A DNA stretch of 64,000 nt from NCBI GenBank assembly GCA_016928835.1, contig JAFGJW010000001.1, positions 86,306 through 150,305 of the forward strand. The letters are read 5' to 3'. The notes beneath the pieces are model-generated. The model was not told the DNA's origin and did no database searches. It was given only the letters and a program-made list of their open reading frames with translations. Source of the DNA: Candidatus Woesearchaeota archaeon. GTDB lineage: Archaea > Nanobdellota > Nanobdellia > Woesearchaeales > GW2011-AR15. The position numbers and the translations under genes are program-made. This document shows positions 1 through 9,829 of the stretch, in pieces (the stretch's first letter is position 1; each line of letters starts with the position of its first letter).

Positions 1-1
1 C

Positions 2-367
2 ATCAACAAACTAACAGGGAATATTTTAGTTAAAAAGTTACCTAATTTCGGTTCTAGAATTAATACCAGAAACATCATGAAAAGAGATATATTGTTAGTG
101 GACAATATTGGAATTACCAGCAGTAAGATCATTGCGGAGTTAAAAAATAAAATTGAAATTCTAATCTATAAGAAAAATAGGAATAAAGCACTTGCAAATG
201 ATTTTATACTTATTCCACAAAATGCATTGAAAATTATTGAGATTGAAGAGTTTGCGTTGGTTGATGAAAAATCATTAAGAGATGCAATAAAAGAAATTCA
301 AAAAAATAAATTTAATGCATCAATCTTAAAAGATATTCTGGATGAATATAAGAGAGAAAGAGGGTAA
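2..367 (+). CDS. C-terminal part of a protein that starts before the window (possibly DUF460 family)
   Basis: The frame of ORF 77..367 is open back to position 2 (INKLTGNILVKKLPNFGSRINTRNIMK), so the ATG at 77 is probably internal. The C-terminus LKDILDEYKRERG resembles archaeal DUF460 ends (from memory). Confidence 0.45.
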   Translation: MNKLTGNILVKKLPNFGSRINTRNIMKRDILLVDNIGITSSKIIAELKNKIEILIYKKNRNKALANDFILIPQNALKIIEIEEFALVDEKSLRDAIKEIQKNKFNASILKDILDEYKRERG

Positions 368-398
368 TACTGCCTCTTTTTAGTTTATATAACGCTGT

Positions 399-1340
399 TC
401 AAACCAAATAAATCCTCTCTTCATTAATTACGACTTTAACTTTTTCTCCTGACTTTACTTTTGTTTTATTCTGCGGTTTTACACTTTGATACGTTTCTGG
501 ATGCAGTACTTCAATATTTGGATAGGTTTTAGAAACAGTAGTCTGGTATTTTTGCAGTTTTCTATAATCTTTGTTTTTTAAATCTATTGAAGTGCTCTTG
601 TCATTCTTAAGATTCTTGCCGTGGACTAACCTTCCTAATTTTGTTATTTTGATGACTTTACTATCTGTTTCAATGACTTCTCCAACATCAAAAGGAAAAG
701 CTTCATAAAAAACATTTACTCTGTATATCTTTTTGCTTTTTTGGCTGTCGTAGGAATGCAAATGCGGGCTAATCTTTAGTTTGCCACCAAATCTCTCCAC
801 CAACTTTTTCCCCAGGTTTTGAAGCTCTTTCTTGTTGTTGACCTTTATCTGGTAAATATCCTTCTTCTCCTTTTTTTCACAACAATATACCTCCTTTTTT
901 TTGAAATAATTCTCAGCGAAACTGCGTATCAGATCATTAATATTTTTTATCTGCAGTATGCCTTCAAAATAATCTCCCTGCTGTTTTGAGCATTTGTCAC
1001 AGATTGTAAGACATATATCTGCTGGCACTAAATAAGAATTGTTGCCCCTAATTATTTCAACCTCAATTTTTGCATTTACTCCTGGGTTGAATTTGAACTT
1101 GGGAATATGGGGTTTCACAGAAAATTGGTCTATCTTTCCTGATAGTCTCTTCTCGAATATCTCTTCAATAATGAGCTCTACACTTTTGAATTTTTTCCAT
1201 TTATTGCGGTAGTTGTACTTGTAACATTTTGTGCAGACCATTATTTTTGTGTCTCTTAAATTCAAGTTTGGCATGGGCCTGCAGTCTCGACAAAAGACAC
1301 CTTCCTTTATATCTTTTCCGCATCCAGGACAAAATTTCAT
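399..1340 (-). CDS. nmd3: NMD3 family ribosome-biogenesis protein
   Basis: N-terminal CPGC..CRDC and CTKC..CDKC zinc motifs; GDYFEGILQI; C-terminal EVLHPETYQ OB segment. Confidence 0.9.
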   Translation of the reverse strand: MKFCPGCGKDIKEGVFCRDCRPMPNLNLRDTKIMVCTKCYKYNYRNKWKKFKSVELIIEEIFEKRLSGKIDQFSVKPHIPKFKFNPGVNAKIEVEIIRGNNSYLVPADICLTICDKCSKQQGDYFEGILQIKNINDLIRSFAENYFKKKEVYCCEKKEKKDIYQIKVNNKKELQNLGKKLVERFGGKLKISPHLHSYDSQKSKKIYRVNVFYEAFPFDVGEVIETDSKVIKITKLGRLVHGKNLKNDKSTSIDLKNKDYRKLQKYQTTVSKTYPNIEVLHPETYQSVKPQNKTKVKSGEKVKVVINEERIYLV

Positions 1341-1418
1341 AAGAAGGAGGAAGTGATATTAAGTTATAAATATAATTCTTTGATTAACTTTATTAAAAAG
1401 ATTTATTTCTAGGATATT

Positions 1419-2120
1419 ATGCTCCAATTTAACAATTTAACTATCTTAGGTAGCTCTCATATTGCAAAACAGAGTATTAATGAAGTGGAACGGGCATTTG
1501 AAGAGATTAAACCAAGTATTGTGTGCCTTGAGCTAGATGCAAACAGATACATGGCTCTTATGAATAAAAAGAAAAGGGCAAGTAAATTCTCAATCATGAT
1601 TAACTTCGGTATTACAGCATTTGTTTTTGCAATACTTGGAGAATTTGTTCAGAATAAGCTGGGTGATATTGTGGGGATATCTCCCGGGGCAGAGATGAAA
1701 ACAGCAATCAAACTGGCAAAAAAAAATAAGTCAAAAATTGTATTTATTGACCAGCCGATTGAAGTCACCTTAAAAAAACTGTCAGAGAAAATGACTCTAA
1801 TTGAAAGATTGAGGTTTATCTATGACCTATCATTTGGGTGGATATTTAGCAAAGAAAAGGTTAATTTTAATTTGAACGAGGTTCCTTCAGAGGAAATTAT
1901 CCAAAAGCTAGTGCATCAACTGAAACATAGGTATCCGGTTATATATACTGTTTTAATTAAGGAGAGAAATGTAATAATGGCATCGAATTTATTGAACCTC
2001 ATGAACCTCTACCCAAATGACAGCATTCTAGCTATTATGGGTGCAGGTCATGTAGCAGATAGCTTTAGTATTATCAAAGACAAGTTCAGCAATATTAGTT
2101 ATAGCTTCTCAATATCTTAA
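1419..2120 (+). CDS. TraB/PrgY/GumN family protein
   Basis: GSSHIA, VCLELDANR, PGAEM, IDQPI, ERNVIMA and GAGH motifs. Confidence 0.9.
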   Translation: MLQFNNLTILGSSHIAKQSINEVERAFEEIKPSIVCLELDANRYMALMNKKKRASKFSIMINFGITAFVFAILGEFVQNKLGDIVGISPGAEMKTAIKLAKKNKSKIVFIDQPIEVTLKKLSEKMTLIERLRFIYDLSFGWIFSKEKVNFNLNEVPSEEIIQKLVHQLKHRYPVIYTVLIKERNVIMASNLLNLMNLYPNDSILAIMGAGHVADSFSIIKDKFSNISYSFSIS

Positions 2121-2160
2121 AAGAAAAAACTTAAATACTTCTCTGCTTAGATTATGTTCT

Positions 2161-2925
2161 ATGGGCAAATCCTATATGCATTATGCTAGGTCTTTTTATT
2201 ATAATCTATTTAACTATGGATTAAAACTCTCTTCAAGAGAGATAAAAGAGAGCATTATTTCAATTCTTATTATTGCCTTTATTCTTTCATTTAAAGAATG
2301 GGGTGACCAGACTTTTAATTTTGTTACCGGGATAACCAATTTTGCACTAGCAATCTTATTCAGCATTATTGCTATGGCTGTAAATCAGTTTGGCCAGAGA
2401 ATTATTGCGGTGTACTATGGTTATGATCCAGAGTACTATGGTAATACTATCGGTTTAATGATATCAATTGTTATTGCATTTGCATCAAGGGGAAGCATTA
2501 TACTCTTTGTTCCGGGTTATATAGCTATTAATCACCTGGCTGCCTCACGTTTGGGAGAATTTCGTTATTACACAAATCAGTGGGAATGGGCAAAATCAAG
2601 CTTTGGAGCCCCTCTCTTTAATTTCCTTTTTATTGTGATACTGGGATTCCTGCCTTTCAGGGAGATAATCCTGCTTAGAAAACTATTAATGACCAACCTG
2701 TGGTTCGCTGTATTCTCTCTTCTCCCGCTGCCCAATAATCCAGGAATCTACATGTTTTTTGGCATGAGGTGGTTCTGGGCTTTTGCAGTTGGCTTTACTG
2801 TTGGCGGGTGCCTTCTAGTTTTATTTACAAAGCCCCTAATAGGCCTAATCGGTGCACTTTTGCTTGGTACAGCAGCAATAACCTGGTATTTTATTAAAGT
2901 TGATAGCCTGCCAGAAGTATCATGA
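2161..2925 (+). CDS. Site-2 protease (M50)-like membrane protein lacking catalytic motifs
   Basis: Multi-TM layout of archaeal M50 proteins (GAPLFN, NLWFAVFSLLP), but the HExxH position reads NQFGQ and the PxDG position reads PNNPG. Confidence 0.65.
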   Translation: MGKSYMHYARSFYYNLFNYGLKLSSREIKESIISILIIAFILSFKEWGDQTFNFVTGITNFALAILFSIIAMAVNQFGQRIIAVYYGYDPEYYGNTIGLMISIVIAFASRGSIILFVPGYIAINHLAASRLGEFRYYTNQWEWAKSSFGAPLFNFLFIVILGFLPFREIILLRKLLMTNLWFAVFSLLPLPNNPGIYMFFGMRWFWAFAVGFTVGGCLLVLFTKPLIGLIGALLLGTAAITWYFIKVDSLPEVS

Positions 2926-3488
2926 TTAGCAAAATAGCAAAAAATATATGGAAAATAAATGCAGATTCTAATGTATACCTCCTTGATTTTGAAGATAAGA
3001 TAATCATAGACACGGGCAATAGGGCTAAACGACATATACTTAAGCAATTTCTCAGCAAGCTTGTTGATTTTGACAAAGTGGGTATTGTGATCTTTACACA
3101 CTTGCACTATGATCATATTGGAAATTTTGATCTTTTTTCAAATGCAACTCTGTATGCTTCCAAGAAGGAGATAAATAACCTCTCAAAGAATGCAATTGAT
3201 ACTGTTCTAAATGAAGATATGGCGAAGAAATTTAAAAATGCAAAGGTTGAAGAGATTCCCAAAAAGATTTCAAAGCTAGAAATAATTGAGACGCCAGGAC
3301 ACACTTCTGGCAGTATTTGCGTTTGGTATGATGAGGAAAAAATACTTTTTTCAGGAGATACCTTATTTGATAGAAAAATTACTGGCAGGACAGATCTCCC
3401 CACTTCTCAGTCAGATAAGATGAGAGAATCGCTGATGAAACTTGTGAATTATAATTTTAAGATACTTTGTCCAGGACATGATTACTAG
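2922..3488 (+). CDS. Metallo-beta-lactamase fold hydrolase (glyoxalase II-like)
   Basis: THLHYDHIG, TPGHTSGS, SGDTLF and PGHD motifs. Confidence 0.9.
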   Translation: MISKIAKNIWKINADSNVYLLDFEDKIIIDTGNRAKRHILKQFLSKLVDFDKVGIVIFTHLHYDHIGNFDLFSNATLYASKKEINNLSKNAIDTVLNEDMAKKFKNAKVEEIPKKISKLEIIETPGHTSGSICVWYDEEKILFSGDTLFDRKITGRTDLPTSQSDKMRESLMKLVNYNFKILCPGHDY

Positions 3489-3489
3489 C

Positions 3490-3780
3490 TTATTCGGTTT
3501 CTACTTCAATTCCACCTATCCACCTAGCTATCAAATTATATAGCAAGGCTGTTATCAATCCGCCGATAAAACCCATTACTCCATAGATTATTGGCATTGT
3601 AATAATAGCGCCTATACCAAATATAAAACCAAATATGCCTGGATACACTGATTCTGAAAAAGCAGAAAAAATAATGGCAAGTGTGGAGTATAATATCCCA
3701 ATAAGCAGTCCCATTATAGCATATAGAATACCTAATACCTTCCCTGCTGAGATAACTCCTATTTTTTTTATTCTTTTCAT
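3490..3780 (-). CDS. Small two-TM membrane protein (DUF3566-like)
   Basis: IKKIGVISAGK start, two Gly-rich TM helices, LYNLIARWIGGIEVE end; AGGTGA SD upstream. Confidence 0.6.
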   Translation of the reverse strand: MKRIKKIGVISAGKVLGILYAIMGLLIGILYSTLAIIFSAFSESVYPGIFGFIFGIGAIITMPIIYGVMGFIGGLITALLYNLIARWIGGIEVETE

Positions 3781-3876
3781 TTTTTATCACCTTCTCTTAA
3801 TATATAACAAACTTGATTATCTAAATTATATATATTTATCTAAAAAAATAGTTTTTTAATTGAATCTTGATTTCTT

Positions 3877-6060
3877 ATGTGTATGATAAAGAATTTCACT
3901 CCACGCCTATACCAGCAGACTATTCTTGCCACATGCACTGAAAAAAACACTTTAGTTGTGCTGCCTACTGGGCTGGGAAAAACAAATATTTTCTTAATGT
4001 TGGCAGCACACCGCTTGAAACAATATCCTGACTCAAAGGTTTTATTTCTCGGACCAACCAGACCATTAATCTCTCAGTATTATAATATGTTTAAGAAGCA
4101 TTTTGATATTGATGAAAAGCAAATGACTATATTTACAGGTTATGTTAAACCAGAAAAAAGAGAAGAGTTATGGAAAAGCAAAAAAATAATTTTTTCAACT
4201 CCACAAGGTTTGGAAAATGATATCATTACCAATAGAATCAATCTTCAAGAAGTCTCCTTGCTTGGATTTGATGAAGCTCACAGAGCAGTCGGAAATTATT
4301 CGTATGTATGGATTGCACAGCAATATAAAAAGATGAGCAACATGGCAAAAATTCTCGCCCTTACAGCAAGTCCTGGCAGCAAGCTGGAAACAATAGAGGA
4401 GGTGTGCAAGAATCTATTTATTGAAGCAGTTGAAGTCAGGACAGAGAACGACCCCGATGTTAAACCATATATACAAGAGATTAAAATAAAATGGATCTAT
4501 GTAGAATTGCCAAAACCCTTTAATGAAATAAAGGTTTTTTTAGAGAACTGTTTTAAATCAAAAATAAATCAAATTAAAAATCTTGATATAGATATAAAAA
4601 AAGATTTTAGCAAACGGGACCTTCTTGAACTACAGTCGCAGTTAAGAGCTGAAATAATCTCAGGAAACAGGCAGTTTGAGATATTGAGAGCAGTATCAGT
4701 ACTCGCTGAAGCAATTAAAGTTCAGCATGCCCTGGAACTGCTTGAAACACAGGGAATCCATGCGTTAATTGAATTCATGGAAGACATAAATAGCCAGTCA
4801 AGAACAACCAAAGTGAAAGCAGTCAAAAACCTTGTTAAAGACTTGCACTTTAGGTCGGCACTAATCAAGGCAAGAACACTTGAAGAGCTTAATTTGGAAC
4901 ATCCAAAATTGTCTGAATTAAAAAAGATTGTTAAGCAGGAGATTTTGAAAGATGAGGCAGTAAAAATCATTGTATTCAGTCAATATAGGGACTCTCTTAC
5001 AAAAATCGAAGAAGAGTTGCGCAGGTTTGCCAAGGTCAAGATGTTTGTTGGCCAACAAAAGAAAAAAGGTATTGGACTAAGTCAAAAACAGCAACTGCAA
5101 ATATTAAAAGAATTTGAGGAAGGGCAGTTTAATGTAGTGGCAATGTCCAGTGTTGGAGAGGAAGGTCTTGATATACCCTCTGTGGACTTAGTAATATTCT
5201 ATGAGCCTATTCCAAGCGCTATCAGGACAATCCAAAGAAGAGGGAGGACCGGAAGACATGAGGAGGGCAGAGTCATTGTGCTTGTGACAAAGGACACTAG
5301 AGATGAAGCGTATAGGTGGGTTGCGTATCATAAGGAAAAAAGGATGTACTCGGTACTAGATAGGATAAGAGAAAAGTTCCAGATAAAAGAAGTGCCAAAA
5401 TTGGAGACCCATGATAAACAAGATATTATGATAATTGCAGATTATCGCGAAAAATCCTCGGGCATAATAAAAGGTTTAATTGAGAAAGGAGTTAAGATAC
5501 AACTTGAGAAGCTTGACATTGGTGATTATTTATTAAGCTCAAGGGTATGCGTTGAATATAAGACAATCCCTGATTTTGTTGATTCTATTATTGACAAAAG
5601 GTTGTTTATGCAGCTAAGAGAATTAAAAAAATATGATTGCCCTGTTATTGTTCTTGAGGGAGAAGAAAACATTTTTGCACAAAGAAACATCCATCCAAAT
5701 GCAATAATGGGTATGATTGCTGCTATTACAGTTGATTATTCTATACCTATAATCAGTACCAAAAATTGGGAGGAAACACAATTACTTTTAGAGACTATAG
5801 CTAAACGGGAGCAGCTTGGTGAGGATAAAAAATTTACTACACACAGCATGAAACCATTGACACTTAGAGAGCAACAAGAGTATATTGTTTCTGCTTTGCC
5901 TGGCGTTGGAGCAGTAATAGCAAAACCATTGCTGAAAAAATTCGGGAGTGTAAAGAATATTGTTAATGCAAGTGAAAAAGAATTGAAAGAGGTAGAGCTA
6001 ATCGGAGATAAAAAGGCGCAGAAAATAAAAGAAGTGACAGATTCTATGTATGATAATTAA
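3877..6060 (+). CDS. hef: Hef (FANCM/XPF-like) SF2 helicase-ERCC4 nuclease
   Basis: PTGLGKT, DEAH, TASPG and QRRGRTGR helicase motifs; GDY...EYKT..D ERCC4 motif; C-terminal HhH (LPGVG, IGDKKA). Confidence 0.95.
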   Translation: MCMIKNFTPRLYQQTILATCTEKNTLVVLPTGLGKTNIFLMLAAHRLKQYPDSKVLFLGPTRPLISQYYNMFKKHFDIDEKQMTIFTGYVKPEKREELWKSKKIIFSTPQGLENDIITNRINLQEVSLLGFDEAHRAVGNYSYVWIAQQYKKMSNMAKILALTASPGSKLETIEEVCKNLFIEAVEVRTENDPDVKPYIQEIKIKWIYVELPKPFNEIKVFLENCFKSKINQIKNLDIDIKKDFSKRDLLELQSQLRAEIISGNRQFEILRAVSVLAEAIKVQHALELLETQGIHALIEFMEDINSQSRTTKVKAVKNLVKDLHFRSALIKARTLEELNLEHPKLSELKKIVKQEILKDEAVKIIVFSQYRDSLTKIEEELRRFAKVKMFVGQQKKKGIGLSQKQQLQILKEFEEGQFNVVAMSSVGEEGLDIPSVDLVIFYEPIPSAIRTIQRRGRTGRHEEGRVIVLVTKDTRDEAYRWVAYHKEKRMYSVLDRIREKFQIKEVPKLETHDKQDIMIIADYREKSSGIIKGLIEKGVKIQLEKLDIGDYLLSSRVCVEYKTIPDFVDSIIDKRLFMQLRELKKYDCPVIVLEGEENIFAQRNIHPNAIMGMIAAITVDYSIPIISTKNWEETQLLLETIAKREQLGEDKKFTTHSMKPLTLREQQEYIVSALPGVGAVIAKPLLKKFGSVKNIVNASEKELKEVELIGDKKAQKIKEVTDSMYDN

Positions 6061-6497
6061 TAAAGCCTATTAAAATAACTGGTTCCAAATCTCTCCTTGG
6101 CTTCCTTGTCAAACTTAACAAATGATATATACTTATATGCTGCAATATCTCTTACAACGCCCACATAGTCTCCATTATCCTTTGTGAGCACAAGTCTTGT
6201 TGTCTGTAATTCTTTGAAGCACTTTATAAGTTCAGGTATACTGATATCTTTGTGCACTGTGATTACTGGTGAGGACATAATCTGTCTTGCTGTGACTTCA
6301 TGGATATCACGATTCCTTGATATGAATCTAAGTATATCTCCTGTTGTGACAATTCCTGTGGTCTTTCCATGCTTGCTTTTAACTATTATCGAGCCAATGT
6401 TGTACTTCTGCATTCTGTCTGCAACAGCAGGCAGGAAATCTTCCTCAGAACAAAAGAATATATTTTTCCTAGCTATGTCATAAGCAGTCTTCGACAT
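6057..6497 (-). CDS. CBS-pair domain protein
   Basis: IGSIIV, GIVTTGDI, IMSSPVIT. ATG at 6497 follows a GGGGTGG SD (the track uses GTG 6506). Confidence 0.85.
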   Translation of the reverse strand: MSKTAYDIARKNIFFCSEEDFLPAVADRMQKYNIGSIIVKSKHGKTTGIVTTGDILRFISRNRDIHEVTARQIMSSPVITVHKDISIPELIKCFKELQTTRLVLTKDNGDYVGVVRDIAAYKYISFVKFDKEAKERFGTSYFNRLY

Positions 6498-6554
6498 AAT
6501 AACCACCCCGCGGTCCTATATAATTAGAATATATTGTTTTGCTAATTTAAAAAA

Positions 6555-6908
6555 TTAACTGCTATTATTGATATACCTTGCCAAGCCCTCTATCTGCCTT
6601 AACTTCGTTTTCTTAAATAAAAATTCTCTGAACTGATTATCAATTGTCACTCCATGTTCCTGGAGATGTCTTCTTAGTTTTGAAAACAACTTCTTTCCTT
6701 CACTATCCAGATCTGTGAGGATAACTACTTCTTTGCTTTCTTTACTTATTTCTTCCACTACTTTATAAATCGGTTCCTTAAGTGTTTGTACCTTAATAAT
6801 ATCAAATTTTTCCAAACAGGCTTTATCTTTTTTGCCTTCGACTATAACTAATCTGTTTGAATTTCTTAGTTTAGTCAATTGTTCAAGAAGTTCTTCTATG
6901 TTATTCAT
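6555..6908 (-). CDS. Small TOPRIM domain protein (RNase M5/primase-like)
   Basis: [17 protein letters not shown] and IEGL motifs. Confidence 0.9.
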   Translation of the reverse strand: MNNIEELLEQLTKLRNSNRLVIVEGKKDKACLEKFDIIKVQTLKEPIYKVVEEISKESKEVVILTDLDSEGKKLFSKLRRHLQEHGVTIDNQFREFLFKKTKLRQIEGLARYINNSS

Positions 6909-7293
6909 TTGATTCTGTATAATCAGCTAGTATCTTACCATGGTCAAATGCAAGCTCTGGCATTTTGTTTAGAGGAAAGACTTTTGCATCCGCTGCATCA
7001 TCTTGTGCTTTTAGCTCTCCTGTACCATGGGCAATAAATACAGTAGTGACAGTATGAAATCTTGGGTCTCTTTTTGGATCAGAGTAAGTATGAAATTGTT
7101 TCTCTAACTCAACATCAAGATGGGTCTCTTCTTTTGCTTCTCTTACTGCAGCTTGCTCTAATGTTTCACCATAGTCAACAAACCCGCCGGGCAGTGCCCA
7201 ACCATATGGAGGATTTTTCCTTTTAATAAGAACAATCCCTCCTTGATATCTAATTATTATATCAACAGTTATTTTGGGTTGTTTGTGTTGCAT
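6901..7293 (-). CDS. NUDIX hydrolase (ADP-ribose pyrophosphatase-like)
   Basis: Nudix box [22 protein letters not shown]; RDPR; LAFDH. Confidence 0.92.
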   Translation of the reverse strand: MQHKQPKITVDIIIRYQGGIVLIKRKNPPYGWALPGGFVDYGETLEQAAVREAKEETHLDVELEKQFHTYSDPKRDPRFHTVTTVFIAHGTGELKAQDDAADAKVFPLNKMPELAFDHGKILADYTESNE

Positions 7294-7384
7294 GGCATAT
7301 GAAATAGAAATATTGCTTTTAAATCTTGTGCATCATTTTTCCTTTTAGACAAACTTATAAATTTTCTTTGTTTCTAGCAAAAGT

Positions 7385-8968
7385 ATGGGGGTTATAGAGC
7401 TCAGCAATAGACTGATGTATTATAAGAGAAAAGAGATTCAAGAGGCAATTGTCCAGAGTTGCAGGAACCGAGAAGTTGGTGTAAGATACGGGGACAAGGG
7501 ATTTGGAAAAAGACCTGATACTTTGGAATACCCCGGTGATGCTTTAGAATTGGCTAAAAAAGGGGCTACAAGTTTCCATGTTTCAGAGGAGAGATGGTCA
7601 AATCCGTTGCATTTGGAGCCAATGATGAAAAAAAGTACACTTGACATGCTGAGAACGGGATGGGACCTTGTTTTGGATATTGATTGTCCTTACTGGAATT
7701 TTAGTAAATTAACTGCGCATTTGTTTGTAAAGGCATTAAAAGCACATGGAATACATTCAGTAACCTGCAAGTTTTCTGGTAACAAGGGTTTTCATATTGG
7801 TGTGCCTTTTGAAGCATTTCCAGAGCATATTGGTGAAATAGCCTTTAAGGATTGGTTTCCAGAGGGTCCTAAACGGATAGCACTTTATCTCCTTGCATAT
7901 ATCGGAGAGAGATTGGTACGTGTTGAGAATGAAGACATCATTTTTGATAACAAAGTAAAAGTGCCTATATCAAACCTGATTAGAACAACAGGAAAAGAAA
8001 TGGAAGAAATAACAAAGATAAAATGTAAAGACTGCGGCAAGGAAATATCTAATCTAGTTACTCCAAAAACAGAATTCGTGTGTCCAAGATGCGAGCTAAG
8101 ATTGTTTGATGATAGCAAATTCAAGCAGTGTCCCAAATGTAAAATAATCATGACAAAAAGTTTTTCGCAGAAACCTGTATGCAAGTGTGGTTCTTATGAA
8201 TACTCTGTTGAATTTGATGCTTTGGTTATTATGAATGTTGATACATTATTAATATCCTCGAGACATATGTACCGCTCGCCCTACAGTTTACATGAAAAAT
8301 CTGGATTGGTGTCTTTACCGATCCACCTTGACAACATTATAAGCTTCGCAAAAGAACAGGCAAAACCTGGGAACATTAATGTGGCAAGAAATCCTACCTT
8401 TCTGGATACGAGAAACACAACATCAGAGGAAGGTAAGGTGCTCCTGATCCAGGCATTTGACTTCGCTGCAGCAGACAAAATCCTTCCGCATAAGAAAATA
8501 TTAAGAAACACAAAATATGAGCTGATTGACTCCATACAAATTCCAATGGAACTATTTCCACCTTGCATGCTCAACATACTTAAAGGACTAGATGACGGAA
8601 GGAAGAGAGCTTTATTTTCATTGCTGAATTTTCTGCAGAGTGTGGGTTGGTATGATAATCAAGTGGCAGAATTAATCCATGACTGGAATAAAAAAAACAC
8701 AGAACCATTAAGAGAGACATATATGAAAACCCATATTAATTACCACCTAAAAAAAAAAGATAAAATACCCCCTCCAAACTGCCGCAGTTATTATCAAGAT
8801 CTTGGTGTCTGTGTTCCTGATGCACTATGTGATAAAATCAAGAATCCAATTAATTATTCTAGAATAAAAGCAGGTTCTTTTAAAAAAAAAGGAGGAAAAA
8901 GGAAATTAACTAAAGATCAAAAAGAGATGCGCAGAAAATATAGAGAAAAATTAAAAAATAATAAATAA
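7385..8968 (+). CDS. priS: Fused DNA primase PriS-PriL (DPANN type) with zinc-finger insertion
   Basis: AEP motifs WDLVLDID, FSGNKGFH and RSPYSLH; C-terminal PriL Fe-S region PPC...PPPNC...CVPDALC...KNPINY. Confidence 0.9.
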   Translation: MGVIELSNRLMYYKRKEIQEAIVQSCRNREVGVRYGDKGFGKRPDTLEYPGDALELAKKGATSFHVSEERWSNPLHLEPMMKKSTLDMLRTGWDLVLDIDCPYWNFSKLTAHLFVKALKAHGIHSVTCKFSGNKGFHIGVPFEAFPEHIGEIAFKDWFPEGPKRIALYLLAYIGERLVRVENEDIIFDNKVKVPISNLIRTTGKEMEEITKIKCKDCGKEISNLVTPKTEFVCPRCELRLFDDSKFKQCPKCKIIMTKSFSQKPVCKCGSYEYSVEFDALVIMNVDTLLISSRHMYRSPYSLHEKSGLVSLPIHLDNIISFAKEQAKPGNINVARNPTFLDTRNTTSEEGKVLLIQAFDFAAADKILPHKKILRNTKYELIDSIQIPMELFPPCMLNILKGLDDGRKRALFSLLNFLQSVGWYDNQVAELIHDWNKKNTEPLRETYMKTHINYHLKKKDKIPPPNCRSYYQDLGVCVPDALCDKIKNPINYSRIKAGSFKKKGGKRKLTKDQKEMRRKYREKLKNNK

Positions 8969-8981
8969 TTGAATTACTCTT

Positions 8982-9773
8982 ATGAAAATAAAAAGGAAGC
9001 AGAAAAAACGGGAAAATGGGACTGTGTTAGTTGTAGGTGGCTGTCCAGATTATGTGGGTGCTCCAGCACTAGCTGGCATGGCTGCTCTAAGAACAGGTGT
9101 TGATATTGTAACAGTATGTGCCCCAGAAAAAGTGGCATGGGCAATTAATTGCTGTGCTCCAGACCTTATAACAAAAAAATTTCTTGGCAACGAATTTGAC
9201 TTGACACACTGCCGGGAGATCATAAATATGAGTCAGAACTATGATGTTGTCCTAATAGGTAATGGTCTTGGGATAAAGAAAGATTTTGTGCTTAAATTAT
9301 TAAGATACATTAAAAAACCTTTGGTTTTGGATGCAGATGCACTTAAAGTAATTAATCTGTCTGCAGTTACTAACTCTATTTTGACACCCCACCTTAAAGA
9401 ATTTGAGATTCTATTCACAAATAGCGTCAAGAAAAAAAAGTTCTATGAAGAGGATTTGGATACAAATATTAAAAACTTCAAACCAGTTACTGGAGACAAT
9501 GTAATCTTGCTCAAAGGAAAGGAAGACCACATTTTTACTAAACATAGAATGCATATTAATAAGACTGGAAATGACGGTATGACTGTGGGAGGAACAGGAG
9601 ATATCCTGGCAGGCCTATGTGCTGGATTTTTAGCACAGACTAAAAATCTCTTTGAATCAGCAAAACATGCAGCCTACGTCAATGGAAGAACAGGGGATCA
9701 TCTGCTTAAGCAGAGAGGATATAGCTTCATCGCGAGTGACATGATTAATGAAATGTGGAGATTTATTAAGTAA
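8982..9773 (+). CDS. nnrD: ADP/ATP-dependent NAD(P)HX dehydratase (YjeF-C only)
   Basis: VVGG...GAP, IGNGLG, LDADAL, TPHLKEF, LLKG and GGTGDILAG motifs. Confidence 0.9.
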   Translation: MKIKRKQKKRENGTVLVVGGCPDYVGAPALAGMAALRTGVDIVTVCAPEKVAWAINCCAPDLITKKFLGNEFDLTHCREIINMSQNYDVVLIGNGLGIKKDFVLKLLRYIKKPLVLDADALKVINLSAVTNSILTPHLKEFEILFTNSVKKKKFYEEDLDTNIKNFKPVTGDNVILLKGKEDHIFTKHRMHINKTGNDGMTVGGTGDILAGLCAGFLAQTKNLFESAKHAAYVNGRTGDHLLKQRGYSFIASDMINEMWRFIK

Positions 9774-9792
9774 AGTATCGTCTAAATAAATT

Positions 9793-9808
9793 AGAAACTT
9801 TTATAAAT
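9793..9808 (+). promoter_or_regulatory. BRE-TATA promoter of the ribosomal protein superoperon
   Basis: AGAAACTTTTATAAAT; the identical 16-mer lies upstream of tRNA-Asn at 46231-46246. Confidence 0.75.
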
Positions 9809-9829
9809 GACTGGAATTTCCCTCATGCT

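Noticed and set aside
3536-3859. Overlapping track ORFs 3536..3790 (-) and 3635..3859 (+)
   Set aside because: Alternative frames of the DUF3566-like gene, with no motifs or SD.
5520-5580. ERCC4 motif variant EYK instead of ERK in Hef
   Set aside because: The catalytic Asp, Glu and Lys are kept and the middle residue is variable, so there is no evidence of inactivation.
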